DNA from: a virus
Virus record (IMG/VR): IMGVR_UViG_3300009008_003296
Coordinates: 1-64,000 of that record
Direction: 5' to 3' (one strand)
DNA length: 64,000 nt
In this document: piece after piece, positions 38,373 to 47,400 of the stretch
Layout: each line of letters begins with the position of its first letter
Position numbering within the stretch: the first letter of the stretch is position 1
Translations under genes and position numbers: made by a program
Notes under the pieces: model-generated
Databases searched by the model: none
Told to the model about the DNA's origin: nothing
The model's input: only the letters and a program-made list of their open reading frames with translations

Positions 38373-38470
38373 TGTATTTATTTTTTATTTTACTTGCGTC
38401 CGGTATCGCTTTGTGGACCATGTGCCAGAAAAGTAACGAAGACGATGATGATGGCCCGATTTGGAGATAA
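38372..38470 (+). CDS. Small membrane peptide (32 aa)
   Basis: TAATG coupling; MYLFFILLASGIALWTMCQKSNEDDDDGPIWR. Confidence 0.4.
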   Translation: MYLFFILLASGIALWTMCQKSNEDDDDGPIWR

Positions 38471-38536
38471 AACTTCAATTCTCGTGAACGAAAAAATTTT
38501 TTCAAAACAAATTCAAACAATAGTGGACTATATACT

Positions 38537-38719
38537 ATGTCAATCAATGTAATAAACAGAACATCAACCCAAAAGGTTGCCCTTAAGGTATGCGAAGAAA
38601 AGCGCCCCCAATTCACAAGAGTATCTCCGATTTGGCTTGACAAACTGAACCAAGACGTTATACTTCTTATAGAAGATAGAATTTTACACAACACTAGCAA
38701 ACAAAAAACATTACGATAA
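38537..38719 (+). CDS. Putative minimal histone-fold protein
   Basis: 60 aa with a helix1-RVS-long helix2-KTL pattern typical of prokaryotic histones; has its own upstream motif. Confidence 0.5.
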   Translation: MSINVINRTSTQKVALKVCEEKRPQFTRVSPIWLDKLNQDVILLIEDRILHNTSKQKTLR

Positions 38720-38720
38720 T

Positions 38721-39011
38721 ATGAGTAATAATACTAAGGAATCCGAATGGAAGAACCGCGAGCGCGGAGCTCTTTGGAAGAAGCAAGGCAAGAACCAGAA
38801 CTACCTGACTGGTGTCATCAAAAGCCTAGACGACATGGGACAGGAAGTAAAAAACAAAGTGATTGTTTTTGCCAACAAGAACAAGACCAGCGAAAATGCT
38901 CCGGATTTCATTATTTATGAATCCAAGGACATGAACCAAGCCGACACCGCGGCTTCCGCAACCGCTTCGACCAACGAGAACAACGAAGAAATTCCCGCCC
39001 TGTTGAAGTAA
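38721..39011 (+). CDS. DUF736-like putative nucleic-acid-binding protein
   Basis: GALWKK...YLTG...F.NK.K..ENAPDF and an acidic tail. Confidence 0.6.
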   Translation: MSNNTKESEWKNRERGALWKKQGKNQNYLTGVIKSLDDMGQEVKNKVIVFANKNKTSENAPDFIIYESKDMNQADTAASATASTNENNEEIPALLK

Positions 39012-39012
39012 A

Positions 39013-39177
39013 ATGACAAACTCCCTCTTATCAGAAAAGATAGCAGAGATATCTGACACTCTAGTTTCCTACGCTCCCAGTTTTGAGAGCGATGAAGATA
39101 AAGAGGAATACATTTATGCGGTAAACGAGGCTATTCTCGACTTAGAAAAAATACAAGAACAGTTAGCAACTACATAA
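39013..39177 (+). CDS. Hypothetical protein (54 aa)
   Basis: Hand-translated; fills the gap exactly. Confidence 0.5.
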   Translation: MTNSLLSEKIAEISDTLVSYAPSFESDEDKEEYIYAVNEAILDLEKIQEQLATT

Positions 39178-39179
39178 CA

Positions 39180-39380
39180 ATGTCTAATTCTGTCAGCGAG
39201 TTCGAAAGAACCAAACCAACAGAGACGTATAAGCTCTTTAAAGAACTTATACAAAAATATAGCAAACTCGGCGAAGTAAATCCCCCAATGGATGATATTG
39301 ATTGTGCTATTCAAAGAACCTCTACAATGGTAGTAGAGGATTTAAATAATCTTTTTAAGCTTTTCAAAAGTGGCGAGTAA
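39180..39380 (+). CDS. Hypothetical protein
   Basis: ORF in the operon. Confidence 0.55.
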   Translation: MSNSVSEFERTKPTETYKLFKELIQKYSKLGEVNPPMDDIDCAIQRTSTMVVEDLNNLFKLFKSGE

Positions 39381-39792
39381 GAGAATAGATTGGGTTCGAT
39401 ATGCCCTTGACCTTGCTAAGGTGGCCGCTACTCGTAGCGAAGATCCCTTTGTCAAGGTCGGGGCAACGATCCTTCGAAAAGATCACTCTATCGCATCCTT
39501 GGGCTACAATGGAGTCCCCTCTGGCGTAAAAATTAACTGGGGCGACCGAGATGAGCGTCGCAAGAGAGTTATTCATGCGGAAATTAATGCGTTGCGCTAC
39601 ATCAAACCACAAGAGGGCTACATATTAGCCTGTTGTTTGTCTCCGTGTAGGTATTGCGTACAAGCTATCGCATCTTACGGTATTAAGATTGTGTGCTATG
39701 ATGAAGAGTATGACAAAGACGAGTTTGCTTTTGAGTTAGCGAAAGAGTTTGGCGTGAGTTTATGCAAGTACACTGAAGGGATTTATGAATAA
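39370..39792 (+). CDS. dCMP deaminase
   Basis: RSEDP..KVGA, GYNG, HAEINAL and PCRYC. Confidence 0.9.
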   Translation: MASKRIDWVRYALDLAKVAATRSEDPFVKVGATILRKDHSIASLGYNGVPSGVKINWGDRDERRKRVIHAEINALRYIKPQEGYILACCLSPCRYCVQAIASYGIKIVCYDEEYDKDEFAFELAKEFGVSLCKYTEGIYE

Positions 39793-39794
39793 AT

Positions 39795-40016
39795 GTGCAT
39801 CATTTTATTCTCCAGCTTGACAAGGAGGTATCTTCCGATGACTGTATCATCGCTTTAGATGATTTTATGTCTAGCATTATTGACCACCATATTCACCAAA
39901 CCCCAATAAACCCTAAATATTTATTTTCAAAAAAATCACATTTGTTAGACGACCTGACTTCCAAAATGAGACACGTTCAAACAAACACCCACCTTTTTTT
40001 AGTTATATCAGAATAA
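39795..40016 (+). CDS. Hypothetical protein (start uncertain)
   Basis: ORF fills the gap. Confidence 0.35.
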   Translation: MHHFILQLDKEVSSDDCIIALDDFMSSIIDHHIHQTPINPKYLFSKKSHLLDDLTSKMRHVQTNTHLFLVISE

Positions 40017-40062
40017 GAGGTTGACTTTTTCTTTTTTTGAATTAAAATTTTTATATATACGA

Positions 40063-40329
40063 ATGAGTACTATACTAGAAACCGTAACGGAAGCTCCAGC
40101 TACGCTGGTTAGCGCTATTGAATCAGCCAACTCTGAACAGCTTGATACTTTATGGAGTATTTTAAAGTATAAAGAGATTGGTATTTTTAGAAAAATTAAA
40201 TGTATGACTCATGTGTTAGGTCTTGAATTCACTCAAGTGGTAGATGATTTGCCTAAAGATGACGAAGGGCGTGTTTTAGACTATAAGACACGTCATATGA
40301 TTCACGATATTTTAATCCAAGTCTCTTAA
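40063..40329 (+). CDS. Hypothetical protein
   Basis: ATG 40063 follows TTGACT-N16-TAAAAT (40021-40048). Confidence 0.65.
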   Translation: MSTILETVTEAPATLVSAIESANSEQLDTLWSILKYKEIGIFRKIKCMTHVLGLEFTQVVDDLPKDDEGRVLDYKTRHMIHDILIQVS

Positions 40330-40336
40330 AAAACAA

Positions 40337-40558
40337 ATGAACGACGACATGTCTTCGGAAAGTGGCTCTTATATTGTAAGAGATAAGCGTGGCACCTATA
40401 TGAGTGGCTATAGCCAGCAACTAGGAAAAACCAAGGCCCGTGCTTGGGCTCGCCATTGTGCACAGCGCTCGAAAGGGGTGCTCTATTTTCGCAAAGGAGA
40501 AGGCGAGCCAGAGGAAGAGCTCGAAAATTATTTAGTGGCCCTCAAAAATAAAGGGTAA
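40337..40558 (+). CDS. Hypothetical protein
   Basis: ORF in the operon. Confidence 0.6.
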   Translation: MNDDMSSESGSYIVRDKRGTYMSGYSQQLGKTKARAWARHCAQRSKGVLYFRKGEGEPEEELENYLVALKNKG

Positions 40559-40560
40559 AC

Positions 40561-41430
40561 ATTAAACGGGTTTTTATTCATCTTGCGTCTAATTCGCTTG
40601 GGGATAATTTGGCGTGGACACCTCAAGTAGAGGAATTTAGGCGCCTTCACCAATGCGATGTGGATGTTCACGTCTCTCCACGTTTACGTTGTCTTTTTGA
40701 TGGGGCCTACCCTTTATTGAATTTTGCTTCTGAAGTTCCTGACGGAATAAAAGGCATTTCTATAGGGTGCCACACGCCAAATGACACCACGAAACCTGTT
40801 ATTCAGATAGCCACCGATCAACTCGGGCTTCCTTATAGAGAAATTAAACCTAAAATAACGCTACCCACTAACTTAAAAAATAATTTTAATAAAAAGTATG
40901 TTTGTATTGCAACCCAATCTACGGCCCAATGCAAATACTGGAATAACCCTAGTGGGTGGAAGCAAACGGTTGATTACCTCAAAGTCTTAGGCTACGAGGT
41001 AGTATGTATAGACCGAGACGCTTGTTTTGGTGTGAAAGGCCAGTGGAACCATACTCCAGATAACGCCATAAGAAAAAACAATTTTAAAGAGAATAATGAT
41101 CCTGAGATTCCTTTGACTGATCGTATCAATGACTTATATTTTTGTGATTTTTTTATTGGACTAGGATCAGGCCTTTCGTGGCTTGCGTGGGCCCTTGAAA
41201 AGCCGGTAGTATTAATTTCTGGCTTTTCGCCACCATCTGCTGAATTTTATACCCCTTACCGAGTTATTAATCAAAATGTTTGCAATTCTTGCTGGGGTGA
41301 CCCTGATCACCCTTTTGATAAAGGTGACTGGATGTGGTGCCCTCGCCACAAAGATACTTCTCGTCATTTTGAATGCAGCAAAGAAATAACCTTTGAAATG
41401 GTTAAAAAACAAATAGATCGTTTACTATGA
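40561..41430 (+). CDS. TibC/Aah-like autotransporter O-heptosyltransferase homolog 1 (probable ATT start)
   Basis: SLGDNLAW, YVCIATQSTAQCKYWNN..GW, FFIGLGSGLSWLAWA..KPVVLISGFS...EFYTPYR and CNSCW...WCPRHK....FEC. Confidence 0.88.
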   Translation: MKRVFIHLASNSLGDNLAWTPQVEEFRRLHQCDVDVHVSPRLRCLFDGAYPLLNFASEVPDGIKGISIGCHTPNDTTKPVIQIATDQLGLPYREIKPKITLPTNLKNNFNKKYVCIATQSTAQCKYWNNPSGWKQTVDYLKVLGYEVVCIDRDACFGVKGQWNHTPDNAIRKNNFKENNDPEIPLTDRINDLYFCDFFIGLGSGLSWLAWALEKPVVLISGFSPPSAEFYTPYRVINQNVCNSCWGDPDHPFDKGDWMWCPRHKDTSRHFECSKEITFEMVKKQIDRLL

Positions 41431-41810
41431 AAATAGAAGTATCAAACGGAGAAATTTTAGATAAACTATCTATCCTTGAGCTGAAGCTTCATTTTATGGA
41501 AGATGAATCGCAAAAAGCTAATGTCCAAAAAGAATACGATCTCTTAAAAACAGTAAGCACAAAAATCCTTTTGACCAACAACAAAACCTTTCCTGAGGGT
41601 TTGTATAACGAGTTACGTCATATTAACTTGAAATTATGGTCTATTGAACATAAAATTAGATCAAAAGAATTTAACGATGAGTTTGATAAAGGTTTTATCC
41701 AATTAGCTCGCTCTGTTTACAAAACCAATGACAAAAGAGCCCGCATCAAAAAAGAAATCAATGTGCTCACAGGTTCGATGCTTGTAGAGGAAAAACACTA
41801 TGAAGACTAA
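41427..41810 (+). CDS. DUF6165-like protein
   Basis: VSNGEILDKLSIL, N.KLW.IE..IR and FIQLARSVY.TND.RA.IK. Confidence 0.75.
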   Translation: MKIEVSNGEILDKLSILELKLHFMEDESQKANVQKEYDLLKTVSTKILLTNNKTFPEGLYNELRHINLKLWSIEHKIRSKEFNDEFDKGFIQLARSVYKTNDKRARIKKEINVLTGSMLVEEKHYED

Positions 41811-42693
41811 AATTTTTTTTAAAGCAAATGGCCTTGGCGACACCATTGGATGGATGGGGCAAGTGGAGAGGTACAAAAAAGCTACAGGGAATCAAGTTGA
41901 TGTTTTTTGTAGATTTAATGATATTTTTGGGGGAGAGAACATTAACATATATCCAAAGAATAGCCCACTAATCCAAGACACTTATGATTACTCTTTTGTG
42001 ATAGACTATCACGGTTGGGATAGGCCCCCTCATCTTACGAATGAAGTGAAAGACATTAAAGAAGGAGGGCTGATTCAAATGGCTTCTGAAATTTTGGGAT
42101 TCGAGGAAGTAGAGGAAATAAAACCTATCCTTAAGTTTAAACCTAAAAGTATAAAACTCAGACGCCCCACGGTTTCGATGGCCTCTCTATCCACAATGCA
42201 GCAACGATTTTGGACTCTCAAGGGGGGATGGAACAGGGTTATCTCTTATTTAAAGCAGCGGAGAATTGATGTTGTTAGTCTAGACCAAGATATACAATTT
42301 GGAGGTGGTGTACCTCGAGGAGACATTCCTGCTTATACCCCTATTCCATCAGCATCAAAAAATAAAACTGGTCTTTCTCTTCGCGCAGTAGCGAACTATA
42401 TCAATAAATCGTTATTTTTTATGGGGTTGAGCGGAGGTCTTTCGTGGCTTGCGTGGGCGCTCAATAAGCCTGTGGTAATGGTGGTGGGACCAATTAGTGA
42501 AAGATATCATTTTGAAAACCCTTACCTAGTACAAAACAAAAACGTCTGCCATGCGTGTTGGGACAAACATGAGATGGTAGCGAACGATTGGTATTGGTGC
42601 CCTGAAAAGAAAGATTTCGAATGTAGCAGACAAATAACGCCCGAGATGGTGATCGAAAAAATTGATCTAATTTTAAATTTAAATAAGATATGA
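41800..42693 (+). CDS. TibC/Aah-like O-heptosyltransferase homolog 2 (divergent)
   Basis: GLGDTIGW, GLSGGLSWLAWALNKPVV and CHACW...WCP....FECSRQIT. Confidence 0.82.
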   Translation: MKTKIFFKANGLGDTIGWMGQVERYKKATGNQVDVFCRFNDIFGGENINIYPKNSPLIQDTYDYSFVIDYHGWDRPPHLTNEVKDIKEGGLIQMASEILGFEEVEEIKPILKFKPKSIKLRRPTVSMASLSTMQQRFWTLKGGWNRVISYLKQRRIDVVSLDQDIQFGGGVPRGDIPAYTPIPSASKNKTGLSLRAVANYINKSLFFMGLSGGLSWLAWALNKPVVMVVGPISERYHFENPYLVQNKNVCHACWDKHEMVANDWYWCPEKKDFECSRQITPEMVIEKIDLILNLNKI

Positions 42694-43559
42694 ATTATTT
42701 TGTTGTTCATTCGGATAAGAAATATGCTAAAAACGCTGAAAAGTTATTTTATTTTTTAGAAAAACACTCTTGTCATCAGGTTATATACGTTACGTTAGAT
42801 TTTTATTATAAATCTCCCTTTGCTAACGTGATCCCTGTTACTTATAATACAAACGTGAGCGTAGACAGTACTATAGAATACGGGAGGAACTTACCTTTTA
42901 TGTTTGTGAAACCCACTATCTGTCAATTTGTTTTAAGTCTTTTTGAGGGGGCTAATTTTTGTTATCTTGACTCTGACATTATTCCCCTTCCGAATATAGA
43001 TTCTATATTTAATAAATTTAATTCTTTGGAAAATTACCCCCTATTTGCGCAGCATTGTTGGCCCGGATTACTCTGGAACCACATGGACGTTGACGAAGAC
43101 CATGAACAAAACTTATTTACTTATTTAAATTACGACAAAGCGGGCCTCAGAAACGGCGTCTTGGCCGAGAGGTATATCCAAGGCTGTCTGTTTCTTTTTA
43201 ACGAAAAATGCCAACTTTTTTTAAAAAAATGGGTTGAGGTGTGTAACGACGAATATATAACAAAGAACTATAAGAAGTATGCCCCAGCACACGAAGAGTC
43301 CATTGCTAACGCTTTGTTGTGGGCGAACCAGTATCATAAAGATTTGGGAGCAGTTCATATTGATTTGCCGGTTTCTGAAGACAAGCGACATGATCTTACG
43401 GAATTTTTTAATTTAATAAGAAAACCCCCTCAAGATGAGTTTTTCTACGATGAGTTTAGCCGCTTCCCAAGTCGTTCGAATTTCGACAGTATTAAATGTC
43501 TACATGGAAAACTGGACGATAAAAATATGAATTTGCTTAAACACTATGAATGGAACTAA
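42690..43559 (+). CDS. GT-A (GT8-like) glycosyltransferase
   Basis: YLDSD, HEESIANALLW and LHGK. Confidence 0.65.
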   Translation: MNYFVVHSDKKYAKNAEKLFYFLEKHSCHQVIYVTLDFYYKSPFANVIPVTYNTNVSVDSTIEYGRNLPFMFVKPTICQFVLSLFEGANFCYLDSDIIPLPNIDSIFNKFNSLENYPLFAQHCWPGLLWNHMDVDEDHEQNLFTYLNYDKAGLRNGVLAERYIQGCLFLFNEKCQLFLKKWVEVCNDEYITKNYKKYAPAHEESIANALLWANQYHKDLGAVHIDLPVSEDKRHDLTEFFNLIRKPPQDEFFYDEFSRFPSRSNFDSIKCLHGKLDDKNMNLLKHYEWN

Positions 43560-44469
43560 AAAGCCAATATCAATCAACCACTATTTTCCCGAAGGCGAAG
43601 ATTGGCGAACCTATCCTGCGATCAAGGTAACCACTGCCGACGCGTTCCATTATTGCGCTATGCCCTTGGAATTCGCTATGTACCGTGGTATCGAAAAGGT
43701 GTGGAGCTGCGAGCTTGGCGACAACTCTTGGGCGACCTTCGATGACACTGAGATGTACAACGCCGTTTTAACTGATCGTAACGGGAATATAATAATGCAA
43801 AAAAAATGGAACCCTCTAGAGGATGGAGATTTTTTTTATCAGGCTCTTTATCTTTATTGCATGCGTCTCACCAGTGAGGGTAAAAAACCTAAAGGTATCG
43901 CGATAGGAACCCATGATGGAGCATTTGGAGAATGGGCCCCTGTAGTACAAGAGGATTTAACTGATGCTTGCTTGGTTGAGGCGTCGCAACCTCAATTTGC
44001 GAACCTTGTTCGCAATTATCAAAGGTACCCCAACGTTAAATTGGTCAACCAGTTGATTACCACAGAAGGGCAAGATATAGAATTTTTCGAAGGAGGAAAT
44101 GGTTACACTAATTCTGTTGTAGAAAGAGTCATAAGAGACTGGGAAACGCAGGAAATCAAAAGCTCTATAAGATCCTCTTGTTCAATTAATGATTTAATTG
44201 GCAATTACATATCCAGCGGAGAGCGACTAGATTGGCTTCATTTAGATGTTGAAGGATATGATGCGGATTTGCTAAGAGCTCTCAAGCAACCGCTCCCGCC
44301 TTTTATTATTTTTGAAAATCACCCTTCTCACCACAAGGAAGAACTGGAGTATAATGAACAACAAAAAAAACGGATTCAAACTTATCTGAGGGATAGCGGG
44401 CACGACATAGTATCTTCAGGTGTTTCTTGCTTAGCAACCCTCCCCTATGAAGTTCAAAACATTAAATGA
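43546..44469 (+). CDS. FkbM-family methyltransferase with N-terminal accessory domain
   Basis: IGTHDG, LVEA, LHLDVEGYD and IIFE. Confidence 0.75.
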   Translation: MNGTKKPISINHYFPEGEDWRTYPAIKVTTADAFHYCAMPLEFAMYRGIEKVWSCELGDNSWATFDDTEMYNAVLTDRNGNIIMQKKWNPLEDGDFFYQALYLYCMRLTSEGKKPKGIAIGTHDGAFGEWAPVVQEDLTDACLVEASQPQFANLVRNYQRYPNVKLVNQLITTEGQDIEFFEGGNGYTNSVVERVIRDWETQEIKSSIRSSCSINDLIGNYISSGERLDWLHLDVEGYDADLLRALKQPLPPFIIFENHPSHHKEELEYNEQQKKRIQTYLRDSGHDIVSSGVSCLATLPYEVQNIK

Positions 44470-47400
44470 AAATTAAAGCACACTGCCCCTTTTTAGGTCG
44501 TACCGGGTATAATGCCCATGCTCGAGGCTTTTTTACTGCTTTAAGCGAGTTAATTGACTTGCGGGTTGACAACTACACATGGTGCGATGATACTGATAAC
44601 TATCTTACCGACCATCAAAAACGTATTATTTCCGAGGTGACCTTAAGAGCTCCCGACGGAGAGCAACAGTATCCTCCCGACTGGAAAGAAGAAATTGAAA
44701 GCTTTAAGTATGATGTAGACATTGTACTACACGAACATTGTCATCGACACTTCTGGCGCGAATACACGAAGCCAAAAATTGCCTATACTGTATGGGAGAC
44801 AGATCGGATGAATGATGATTTTTTTGAACGTCTTTTAGAATATGACCAGCTTTGGGTTCCATCTGAATGGCAAAAAGAATGCGCTATAGGGCAAGGTTAT
44901 CCGTGCGATCGTGTTAAAGTGGTGCCTGAGGCGGTAGAACCTGATTGTTTTCCCGATAATGCAATTGTGCCGGATGATTCAATATTTACATTTTGTGTGT
45001 TAGGGCGCTGGGACCACCGTAAATCAATTACTGAAATTTTGGAATGTTTTGTTGAGCTTTTTGGAAACAATCCTAAGGTGCAGCTTATTGCCTCTATTGA
45101 TAACCATTATGCTGAAGATGGCCTATCCACCGAAGAAAGGTTTAAAAAAATGGGGTGGGGTAATATAAAAAATATTATATTAAAATCTTTTCCCTCTCGC
45201 CCCGAGTATATCGATATTCTACGGCGCAGTCATGTTTTTTTATCCTGTGCGCGTTCGGAAGGATGGAATATTCCCCTTATCGAAGCCATGGCATGCGGCG
45301 TACCATCCATCTATAGCGATTGCTCTGGCCAAACAGAATTTGCATCTGGGAAGGGTATTCCAATTCCTATCTTAGGGAAGGAGAAAGCACGCATTGGCCA
45401 TGGTGGTATTGCTAGCAAATGGACCACTGAGATGCCGGGCCACTATTTTACCCCGGATTTTACACGTCTTAAAGAGAAGATGCGGTTTTGTATAGACAAT
45501 TACGCTACGCTTAAGACCAGAGCTCTCAAGGAATCAGTAGAGATTAGATCGAAGTATACTTGGGCAAACGCCGCCCTCATTGCGTTGAAGAACTTAGAAA
45601 ACTTTGCCCCAAAAACCCAAAAGGTCAATGTATTAGTACACGCTGATGATGAGTATTTAAAATATGCTAATATATGTATAGAGTCTATTAGAAAACATTC
45701 TGGTTATAATGTTATTTTATATGGGTATGATACCCATTTTAAAGGAAAATTTATTCCCCCGAACACTGAAGTTCGGCGGTTGCGAAAATGGCCCCTATCA
45801 AAAAACGGTCGTAACTTAGGCGTCATGAGTTGCCGCGTTTCTATGTGTTTAGATGCGCTCGAGCAGGATCCTAATGATTTATTTATTATGGTGGATTCCG
45901 ATATGGTTGCAATGAAAGACCTGCGTCCCTTTTTTAGAGAGCAATTCGATAGATTAGAAGATTACCCCCTTTGCATTACCTATAAGCACGACAATCTTAT
46001 TCACTCTAGGCTAGAGCCAGATGGCACCACAATCCAAAAAGGGCACGGTGATGAAGCGGCCTCTGTTTTTGGTGTTGAACCTAGAGGGGTTGCCTTCAAT
46101 CATCCCATTGATTTTACTATTGGTCATGGGGTTGTTATTTTTGATAAAAAATCAGCGCCATTCTTCTCAGAGTTGCTGGAGCTTTCCTTACGGAGTCTGA
46201 AGGAAGAGCTTGTTGACCTCATTGATGATAAGTCTTTTGAATCAGAAAGAATCCACAATATTTTGATGTGGAAATATGGCTTTACACAACACTTACCTCT
46301 TTCATGGGTTTCTAAGGATGAAGATAATGATTTTCTTCAACCAGACCTGAAAACGTACACGGACGCTGGATTTGATGTGGTTTACACTCATCAAGATAGA
46401 CGTTCTTATGACATTGCCCCAGAGCAACTTTTATTTTTGCATGGCAGATCTTTTCCCCCTCTCTCTTCCCAATTAATGATTATCGCTCATCCTGACGACG
46501 AAACTATCTTTGGGTTCTCTGAGTTAGATGGCGACACTGATTGGAAAATAGTGTGTGTTTCTAGCGATAATCGTGAGGATGATTTCCATAAGGCGATGGC
46601 ATTTTATGGGATTAAAGACTACGAGATGTGGGGTTTTAACTCTTCGGTTATGGAAGCATTTCCTTCTGACTCATTAGATAAAAAAATAGAACATTTAATC
46701 AACAGCCAACAATGGAAAAAAGTAGTTACCCACAACCCATGCGGAGAGTATGGTCATATTCAGCATAAAAATGTTTTTGATTCGGTCAAAAAATATTGTG
46801 ATAATTTTTATATTTTTTGCAAATCTGCCTCAATATTAGGGCCCCACGAACTTCAGCGCAAACAGGAGGCTTTAAAAATCTACAGCTCAGAGGATATCAT
46901 CCCTCAACTCCAACAGCTTAACGGAGACTGGTATATTATGCCCGACATGTCTACCAACTATATAGAGCATGGTACTGTAGAATTATATAAACCAAGCAGA
47001 CATACCACCCCTTTTATTCACTGTTGGGAAAAGACCCCCGATTATTCGCCGGTACCCTTTCATAAAAAAAAGGAGTTCCCCTCTTTTGTCCCAAAAATTA
47101 AAGTGCACTGTCCTTTTCTCGGACACACTGGCCTCAGCGCTTCCGCGCGCGGGACGTTCACAGCATTAAGCAGTATTGTTGATCTGCGCGTTGACAACTA
47201 TACGTGGTGCGATGACCGTCACAACTACCTTACTGAACACCAGAAAAAGATTATTTCTGAAGTGACCTTGAAGGACCCTCAAGACAATTATATCGAGAAA
47301 CAGCACCCACCTGAGTGGAAGAAAGAAATAGAAGATTTCCAATACGACATAGATATCGTGTTTCATGAGTACGATCACGACCACTTTCTTAAGAAGTATA

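Noticed and set aside
39817-39850. TTGACA promoter candidate with an AGGAGG
   Set aside because: No acceptable -10 box at 16-18 bp spacing, and the ATG following the AGGAGG opens only a very short ORF.
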